This document shows positions 14,444 through 64,000 of a stretch of 64,000 nucleotides of DNA, in pieces. Within the stretch, counting starts at the first letter, position 1; each line of letters starts with the position of its first letter. The notes beneath the pieces were generated by a model. It worked only from the letters and a program-made list of their open reading frames with translations. It did not search any database and was not told where the DNA came from. The translations under genes and the position numbers were made by a program. This stretch comes from Octopus vulgaris (Eukaryota): contig OX597824.1 in the NCBI GenBank assembly GCA_951406725.2, positions 89,714,001 through 89,778,000 on the forward strand, written 5' to 3'.

Positions 14444-14752
14444 ATAAATAAACAATCAAACAAACCAAAAATGGAACATTAATTTAGAGAATAAAGCAAG
14501 GAATGAACACCCCCCCCCCTACACACATACATACATATACAAACATACATACACATATATATATTTGAAAAAAGAATAGAGATCTATACAAATAGAATGG
14601 TGGTGCCCCAGCATGGCCACAGCTCGTGAGCTGAAATGAAAATGAAATCAAATCAAATTTTTTTATATGAAAGATGGAGGCGGATATAGCAGAAGTAAAT
14701 CTAACACATTTCGATTTCGCAAGGAATTTAATAAAAATGATTTTAAATATAT

Positions 14753-14955
14753 ATATTAACAGTTATTGCCAAGCTAATATGGCAGTCCATAAATACAGGG
14801 CGAAAGCTGCCTTTTATTAGCTCCAAGAGGCCATCGCCTCTAGCTAGCTATATGACACACGAACCTAGAAGCGATGGCCTCTTGGAGGTAATTAACGGCA
14901 GCTTTCGTCCTATATTTACGGATTGCCATATTAGCTTGGTGATAACTGTTAATAT
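14753..14955. repeat. Fold-back inverted repeat (91-bp arms, 21-nt loop)
   Basis: Arms 14753-14843 and 14865-14955, about 10 differences. Confidence 0.95.
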
Positions 14956-15207
14956 CCAGTACCACTGCCGTAATCTCCTCTAGAGAGACTCAGAAATAAT
15001 AATATTTCGATTTTAAAAATTATATAAAGAAAAAATTTACCGGTTTTGATGATGAATCTCATCTTATCAAATATCAGGAAAAAATTTATAAAAATTTAAA
15101 ATAAACCCAGTTTGTCTTCTGTCTGTGGGGATCAAAAAGGTGTCTGGAGATATTTTGTTGATGTCTTATTTAAATATAGTTTGGCATAGAGTTCAAAGTA
15201 TAAGATA

Positions 15208-15342
<135 letters not shown>

Positions 15343-15579
15343 CAGTAAGAATACAATAAACTCATAATGTTTCTTTCGGAGATCACAAGTATCATAATTC
15401 TATGGTACCCAATAATTTTCAGGCAAACGTTAGAGCGCACACACACACACACATGTATTTATGTATATATATGTATATAAACAAACTCACACATTTACAG
15501 AAACATACATATACACACACAAACACACATAAAGAATGTCTAATAATATTCTTTATGTTTGTATGAGTCTCTAAGCAGG

Positions 15580-15625
<46 letters not shown>

Positions 15626-16359
15626 CGGACATTAAACGATGATGATGATGATGATGATGATATATATATATATATATATATAAATAAAAGGCGGTGCTCC
15701 AGCATGGCCACAGTCAAATGACTGAATCAAATAAAAGAAAAGAAATAAAAGAAATATATATATATATGGAAAACGGACGTTAAACGATGATAATGATGAT
15801 ATATATATATATTATATATATATATATAGGAGTGGTTATGTCCATTTTGGGACAAGGGGTTAACATATATGCACACCCACACCCACACCCACGTACACCC
15901 AGAACTAACAGACTAACGTCAATCTATGGTCAAAAACTCTTCTTTTTCTCCCAGAAAAAAAAAATCCGTTTTAATTCTTCACTGTTTTGTTCCATTTCAT
16001 TTCATCAAAGACACTGACAACCATGTCACCCCAAGATTCTATATACCTGCATACCTCCAGCATAAAAGTGGCTATGCGCTCCAGACCAGCATGTCTGAAG
16101 AGTTGTCCATATTGGCCTTTGAGAATAAATTGGCACAAAACCTGACAGTCGCAGTCTGACCAGCTATATGCCGTAACCAAATAAAATACTGCTTGGCTAT
16201 GAATAATATGTATGTATACATGTGAGTGTGTGTATGTATATATATGTGTGTATGTGTGTGTACGTGTGTGTGGTCTAAAGTATTTGGAGTTTGTGCTCCA
16301 GCATAGCCACCTACAATCAGTAAAATACTAAAAGATATATGTATGTACAAGCAATGCAA

Positions 16360-16466
<107 letters not shown>

Positions 16467-17953
16467 CCCCACTGAAATAATGAATAATGAATAATGAATA
16501 ATGTGTGAATAAAAAATCCAAATTAATATTTTTTTTACACAATTCGTTTGAAAATGTAAAAGTTTTATTTCTCTGTAAGCGATATTATATTTTTATATGA
16601 AATGACTCAAAGTTTCTTTTTGTCTGAATAAATTAATAATAAATTAATTATAACAATGATAGAAACGTTTCTTAATTTTTTTTAATTGGAATATAGCCTG
16701 TTATTTTGAATGGGGTGGTTTAGCTGCTTTCATCTGACCTTAGAATTTGACCAATGGTTCATTTTATGGAATCCAGAAGGACAAAATGCATTGCCGACTT
16801 TAGCAGCGTTAGAACTCAGAGCATACAAGGTTGAAAGAAGAAATACCGCCAAGTATTTCTCCAACATCTTCATGATTCTACCAGATTGCTGTCTTTCTAA
16901 TAATAATCCTTTCTACTGTAGACACAAGGCCTTAAACTATGGAAGAGGGTTGTTAGTTGATCACATTGACCCCAGTGCATAACTGGTATTTATTTCGTCG
17001 ACCCTGGAAGGATGAAGGGCAAAGTTGACCTCGGCAGAATTTGAACTCAGAACATAATGGCAGGCGAAATACAGCTAAGCATTTCATCCAATGTGCTAAC
17101 GATTCTGCCAGCTCATCCCCTTAGTAATAATAATAGTAATCCTTTCTACTATAGACACAATATTAGCAACTGGGAAGCAGTTGCCAGCAACCATGGAGAT
17201 TGGTGACGTACCGTAAAAGAGGGAACACAAAGGAGTGACAGAGAAAGAGAGGAGAGATGGAAAGACAAGAAAAGACATCAACAAGAAACTATGACATTGC
17301 AACCAGCCAGGCAAAGTCTTCGCTACATTTGCAGCACCTGCCAGAGGGAGTGTTTGTCCAGGATAGGACAACACAGCCACAGCAGGAGATATATTAGGAC
17401 ATGAAATGTAAAAGCCAGACTAGATTATTTTATGCGCAACTCCATCGTCTCCCGAGACAAAAAGGATGCTAACAACAACAATCCTTTCTACTATAGACAC
17501 AAGGCCTGCAATTTGCAGGGAGGGGGTTAAGTTGAATACATCAACCCCAGTACACAACTGGTACTTAATTAATCGACCCCAAAAGGATGAAAAGCAAGGA
17601 TGACCTTGGCGGAATTTGAACTCAGAACATGAATTCAGACAAAATGCTGCTAAGCATTTTGAACAGTATGTTAATGATTCTGTCAGCTCACCATCCCGAC
17701 AATGCTGATAATAATAATAATAATAATAACAATAACAACAACAACAACAACAATGGTTTCAAATTTTGGCACAAGGCCAGCAAGTTCAAGGGAGGGGATT
17801 AACCTCAGCTTGCAACTGGTACTTATTTCATCAACCCTGAAAGGATGAAAGGCAAAGTCAACCTTGGTGGAATTTGAACTCAGAATGTAAAGACAGATGA
17901 AATGCCACTAAGCATTTCGCCCTGCATGCTAACGATTCTGCCAGCTTGCCACC

Positions 17954-17985
<32 letters not shown>

Positions 17986-17995
17986 TAATAATAAT

Positions 17996-18356
17996 GAGCA
18001 CTCAGAGAGCGCAAACCTCCACCAAGGCAACACCAACGTTTTCCCGACGATTAGCAAGAGACGATTTTTAAAATGAGAATATCTGAAATATATTTGTCTG
18101 CTCTCACAAATGAGAATACTAGAAATAAACCTGATCACTCTCAAAAATTAAGCAAAGAAACAGGAAAAATAATCCAGAATCCTTGTTTGGTATCAAATCA
18201 ATCCCAAAATCTAATCAGTTCATGCCAGTCACGATGCCAAAAATCCCTGAATGTTTCATTCAAATCCATCCAGCTGTTCTTGAGATATCTTGTCCACGGA
18301 CAAACAAACAAACACAACTGAAAATAATACTTCTGCCTTTGCGCAGGCAGAGGTAA
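17996..18356. mobile_element. Helentron-associated (HINE/DINE-1-like) non-autonomous element
   Basis: GAGCACTCAGAGAGCGC hairpin, subterminal ACCTCCACC / GGCAGAGGT inverted repeats, internal (AAAC)n; family assignment by recollection. Confidence 0.5.
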
Positions 18357-19959
18357 TAATAATCCTGTCTACTATAGGCATGAGCCCTGAATTTTGTGGG
18401 GAGGTGAGTCAATCACACTGACCCCAGAATGTTGGATGATTTGACTGAGGACTGGCAAGCCAGAAAGTTGCACCAGGCTCCAATCTGATCTTGCAGGGTT
18501 TCTACAGCTGGATGCACTAATATCTACACAGAAATGTGTTTTTGCTGACAAAGGGAAATTTGCATCCCTAAATACTAAGACCTCAGGGTTATGAAAATTA
18601 GATGTGTATAAACCTCAAAACCTAATCACCAATACTGTATTAAAAAAACATAAATAGGATCTGTGATCAGCAAACCATAAAAAAAAATCTTTTTGTCCAA
18701 TATTCAAATATGATTGATGACCTGAAAAAAAGAGTTTCTCAAAACATCAAATGGATTTATGACAAAAAATAGGAGCAAACAAATAAAATAGTGAAAACCT
18801 GAGAAAAAATTGCATTTAATTTTCTGCATGATGTATTTGAATAGGACCAAAGAATATAAGACAGAAAAAAAGTACCTGACTTTTTGATGAGAGCCATTGG
18901 AGTACACTTGGAGATGTTCTTCATCATTTTGTGAAGTATATCTTAGGATTTATCAAGCAGTAAACGTTGCGATTGGTCTGATGAAAATAACAGAGCCACA
19001 TAGAACCGCAACATCAGCTACATCTTATCTAATTCAAACAGCTGTCCCCTTATCTCCTGATGATAAGCCAGTTCTTTCCTATAGTTCAACATTGTGGAAT
19101 TCTTAAATCTTGAAATCTAGAAACTATCTCTCTTCCTCAAGTGGGGCTGGTTTGAATTCAATTTCGTAATTATGATTTTTCCTTTAGAAGCAGAGATAAT
19201 TTTAATAAATGAAGAATTTATGTTGTATGTTATTTGATAGACCTGTATTTGTCAATGCTGTTCAAACACATCACTTGCTAATGTGAGTTATTTCACTAAT
19301 CTCATTTTTGTTTAAATTCAGAAAATTATGTTGGCCTAGGCCATAACCATGTTCTACTCATTTTGTGTCTCTAATTCCTTTAGCTACAGGACATAAGGTT
19401 GAACAGTTGAACCAGAAACATGTGTCCCCTACTGTCCTCCAAGGGAAACATAGTAGTGGACTTGAGAAAGCACCTCATATTGATGTTTAGTGCCAAAAAG
19501 CAAAGAAGTGTATCAATGGCAAGCATAAAATGTTCAGTAGCGGCAGTGGAATTGTTAGATCTGGATTTCTGCGTCACTGCACATCATCAGTAGCAAGCAT
19601 CCACTATTAAATATATACTTGGACAAATTTCAATTCTTCTGATATAAAAAAAAAAACAATGATAAATCCCTGGTGTTGCAAATAATTGGCAGGCTGGGGT
19701 AAAAATTAATTATAAGTAACAGAACTAGTATTAGTACAGAATAGTATTCAGTTATCAACCAGTGAGGTGCAAAGACATCGAACTCTGAATTTAGCAGTTC
19801 CACTGGCATTGCCAAACGCATTTTCTCTGCTGCTGATACACTTCAGTACTCTTTAGCACTATACATTGATACAAGTTGTTTTTTCAAGGCGAATGTCATA
19901 ATCTTGTAGTTTTCCACTGTATAACTAAGTTGAGTAAGGTATACCAACCATTATTTAAA

Positions 19960-20090
19960 CAATTAGTTGGAAATGATTGGTACATCCAGAAAACAGCATT
20001 ACTTGGCTGTGCAAGGAGGCTCTGCAAAGCCCACAAGACTTCAAATATTTATGAAGCTCACTTTCTTCCTACACCTTGATCCTTGGATTA
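19960..20090 (+). mobile_element. Second RLE-type LINE 3' remnant
   Basis: IQKTALLGCARRLCK resembles the IQKxxLLGTAxILRK RLE terminus. Confidence 0.55.
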
Positions 20091-20874
20091 TATATATATA
20101 TATAAAAAATATAAATTAGAGATAAAACCACTATTATTGCAACTCAAACAGTGATAGACATAAACCAATACATAAATAACAAATAACATATTTTTATAAA
20201 GCATATAACTTATAACTAGATCTCAGAAAGTATAACATGAATGATAAATACATAATATAATAAGTAAAAACACTACGAACGTTTCATGGCTACAATTAAA
20301 TTTAAATTCAATTTAAAATTATAATCAATCTTCAGGTTAATGATAATATATATATATATATAATCCAAGGATCAAGGTGTAGGAAGAAAGTGAGCTTCAG
20401 AAATATTTGAAGTTTTGTGAACTTCCTGTGGCTCTGTAGTACAAATATCTTGTTTTCATAGGTTTTGAATTAAAATCTTCCTCCAAACCTTAGTCACAAT
20501 TTATGTTCCTAACACTAGCAACTTCAGCACTTGAGTGGTGTAATGGTTTCGTTTTTGACCCAGGAAGGGGAAAAGACAAAATTGGTTTTAGCAGAATTTG
20601 AAATCAGAACATACAGAAATAAAAAAAAAATATTCATTTTTAACACAGGCACAAATACATAAATTTTGAAGAAAGCAACAATTACCAAAATCGACACAGA
20701 ACTGATTTTGTTCTTTGTTTCTTTTTATTATTATCAACACAGGAAGAATGGAAGGCCAAGTTGACCTGGGTGAGAATTGAACACAAACCATAATTTAAAT
20801 ACTAACAAGTGTTTTGTTCACAGCACAGCCAAATCTCCCTTTGCATAATAGACATAATAAGGATTTCTTTATTC

Positions 20875-20913
<39 letters not shown>

Positions 20914-21148
20914 TGTTCCAAATTTTGGCTCAAGACCAGCAATTTTATGGATGATGTAAATCAATTACAATGACCCCCAGTATATGACTGGTACATCGTT
21001 TTTTTTGACCCTGAATAGATGAAAGGCAAAGTCAGCCTAGGTGGAATTTGAACTCAGAACATTAAGAGCCGAAGGAACTGCCAAAAAGCAATTTGTCCGA
21101 CGCACTACGAATTCTGCCAACACACTGCCTTTATTATTATCATCATTA

Positions 21149-21179
<31 letters not shown>

Positions 21180-21690
21180 TATTGTTATTAACGTTATTAA
21201 TAATAATAATACTAAGGAATGAGTGATGAACACGTCAAATATTGGAGCTGAGAACTTGTTCAGCTCAAAAGAAATATTTACATTGTGTTACCAAGGTTAC
21301 AAAGGAGGAAATTTCAGGGTAGGGGTGAGGGGAGATGTGTGTGTGCTTAATGTCTTATAAATAATGATGATGATAGTGATGGTGATGGTGATGGTAGTGG
21401 TGGCAATGGTTCTGGGAAGTTGGTGGTGATGATGGACGTGCTGGGAATTATAATAAAGGTGATTACGGTTGAGGGGGGGGGGGGTGTAGGGAAGGAGGAG
21501 GAGAAGGAGCAGGAAAGTAGAGTGGGTGTGAAAAGGAGGCAGAAAAGTAACAAGGGGAGGAGGTTTGAGAATGGGATGATCACACATGCAGCCCTAAGGG
21601 AAAAAACCCAAAGTAGAATGGCAGAGCAGAGACCAGAAGGTATGGGTTGGAGGTCAGTGATTACAGTTAAGGGTTAAGGTTAGGGTTACG

Positions 21691-22093
21691 GGTTGTGGTT
21701 AGGGGTTGTGGTTAGGGGTTGTGGTTAGGAGTTGTGGTTAGGGGTTGTGGTTAGGGGTTGTGGTTAGGAGTTGTGGTTAGGGGCTGTGGTTAGGGGTTGT
21801 GGTTAGGAGTTGTGGTTAGGGGCTGTGGTTAGGGGTTGCGGTTAGGGGTTGTGGTTGGGGGTTGTGGTGGGGGGTTGTGGTTAGGGGTTGCGGTTAGGGG
21901 TTGCGGTTAGGGGTTGCGGTTAGGGGTTGCGGTTAGGGGTTGTGGTTAGGGGTTGTGGTTGGGGGTTGTGGTTGGGGGTTGTGGTTAGGAGTTGTGGTTA
22001 GGGGTTGTGGTTAGGGGTTGTGGTTAGGGGCATTGGTTAGGGGTTGTGATTAGGGGCTGTAGTTAGGGGTTGTGGTTAGGGGTTGTGGTTAGG
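21691..22093. repeat. Telomere-like 13-mer minisatellite (GGTTGTGGTTAGG)x31
   Basis: 13-bp phase maintained from 21691 to 22093; TTAGGG formed at unit junctions. Confidence 0.95.
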
Positions 22094-22647
22094 GGTTAGG
22101 GATTAGGATTAGAGGCTTGGGGTTAGGGGTTACGATTTTATCTGCCCTGCTTATGTCTTACTGCCATATCTTCAGTGTGAGATATAAATATGCAAGTTCA
22201 GAGGGTCAGGTGTCAGACATATTAGCTGTTTCATATGCCCAGCCACTGTACTTCTTTATTATGATATAATACTGTTTTTAACGTAGGTTTATGAGCAGGA
22301 ATTTTCTTAGAAGGGAACGGTCAGTTATATCAATGACCCCCAACTACCTGAGTGGTACTTTATTTGATCAGCTCCAGAAGGATGACAAACAGAGTTGATG
22401 TGAGTGGGATTTGAACTTAGCCTGTAATAGTGATTTCAAAGTTTTGGCAAAGGGCCAGCAACTTTTGAGGGGAGGAGGAAGTTGATTGCACTGACCCCAA
22501 GACTTGACTGGTCCTTCTTTCATCGATTCCAATAGGAGGACATGTAAAGTTCACCATGGCAGAATTTGGATTTCGAATGTAAAGACAATCGAATTGCTGT
22601 GAAGAATTTTCTATGGCATGCTAGCTATTCTGTCAGCTCACACCCTT

Positions 22648-22685
<38 letters not shown>

Positions 22686-22850
22686 CCTTTCTATTGTAGG
22701 CACAAGGCCTGAAATTTGGGGGAGGGGGAATAGTTGATTACATTGACTCCCAATGTACAACTGGTACTTAATTCAACAACCCTGAAAGGGTGAAAGGCAA
22801 AGTTGACCTTGGCGGAATTTGAACTCAGAACGTAGCCAGCTCACCACCTC

Positions 22851-22904
<54 letters not shown>

Positions 22905-22908
22905 AATG

Positions 22909-22940
<32 letters not shown>

Positions 22941-23445
22941 TATAATAATAATGGTTTGAAATTTTGACACAAGACTAGCAATTTTAAGGGCCGGAGGTTA
23001 GTCAATGACAGGATTTGAATTGAGAATGTTTGTTAAGGGCCAGGATAAATACCACAAAGCATTTTTTTTTAGGACGATGGCAGGGTTGGACAGGGGTTAG
23101 CATATAATGTAAACCCCGCCAGATATGACTAGTAATTATTTCATTGATTCCGGAAGAATGAAAAAACTGAAGTTGTACTTTGGTGGGATTTGAAATCAGA
23201 ACACGGAGCGTGACAAAACACTACAAGCTATTTCTGCTCATTCACTCAACCAATCCTGGCCATCCACTGCCCAAAATAATTATTATACAATGATAATGAT
23301 GATAATGAAATGATGATGTTGATGGTGGTGGTGGTGGTGGCAGTGGTAATTAATAAAAGATGTCTCTCTCTCTCTCTCCCATATAAAACCAGGAATATGT
23401 CCTTGAGAGAGCATTTCCCCACCCCCCATATTTTTAACAAATTTT

Positions 23446-63318
<39,873 letters not shown>

Positions 63319-63364
63319 CTGAAAAGAAACAAAAATTTAACAAATTCAACAGAGCAAATCAGAA

Positions 63365-63400
<36 letters not shown>

Positions 63401-64000
63401 TCGTTTAACGTCCGCTTTCCATGCTAGCATGGGTTGGATGATTTGACTGGTGCAGCCAGACTCCAATCTGATCTGGCAGAGTTTCTACAGCTGGGTGCCC
63501 TTCCTAACACCAACCACTCCAAGAGTGTAGTGGGGGCTTTTACGTGCCACCGGCATGAGGGCCAGTCAGGCGGCACATTATTATGTGGGTTTATGTCAAA
63601 CACCTGCTGTCACATCTAGGATGGATCTGGCTATTAGCTGAATCCATAGTGAAGACTGCCCTGTCGCCCGCCATTGGCCGGGAAGGGCAGGCAATTTTTA
63701 TTTGTCTGGTGGCTGAAGCGAAAGAGTTAGTATGGTGGACCCGTTTGAAAGGGCTTAAAGTCAGACACTTTCCTCTTTGGCCCAAGCCCTCATCAACTTT
63801 TCCAAGTTTCACTTGAAAAGGAAGTTGACGGTGGAGAGGGAGGTGTTGCCTTGTAGCAAGCTTGTTGACAGGTGGGTGAATGTTGGAAGAATGGCCAGTG
63901 TGAAAGGACCAATTCTGAGCATACACCTGTGAAAGGTAAAAGGAGAAGGGTTCTTGCCCTGTTGATCAGGCACTCATGGCTTTTGTGGGTTTTTCTATGA

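Noticed and set aside
18520-19950. Repeat-poor stretch as a hidden gene
   Set aside because: No convincing ORF or splice chain; may be UTR or old transposon sequence
63591-63926. 111-aa minus-strand ORF with a strong splice acceptor at 63927 as a WDR81 exon
   Set aside because: No phase-compatible donor found, no WDR81-like sequence; faintly resembles a decayed LINE RT

Overview
Eukaryotic, AT-rich, extremely repeat-dense DNA. The SINE families, the (TA)n/(CA)n/(AAT)n/(GAT)n microsatellites and the gene structure look like a coleoid cephalopod (Octopus-like); this is inferred from repeat content only. Two convergent protein-coding genes are supported. (1) A WDR81-type BEACH/WD40 gene on the minus strand: I reconstructed 26 phase-consistent GT-AG exons from 63318 down to the TGA at 23446 (6105 nt, about 2034 aa); its 5' end lies beyond the window. 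(2) A small Fos/ATF3/BATF-type bZIP gene on the plus strand: exons 12328-12444 and 14141-14443, with a putative first exon at 4361-4429 behind CCAAT/TATA elements. The rest is tRNA-derived SINEs, decayed mariners, MITEs, LINE fragments and satellites. Nearly all short ORFs in the track are microsatellite or SINE artefacts. The most interesting unexplained signal is a set of hammerhead-ribozyme-like motifs (CUGANGA...GAAA...UH) of the Penelope type. These include a near-complete GUC hammerhead in a WDR81 intron on the sense strand, and a tRNA-headed SINE that carries a minimal hammerhead plus an inverted tail. There are also several long fold-back hairpins, one just 3' of the bZIP stop codon.
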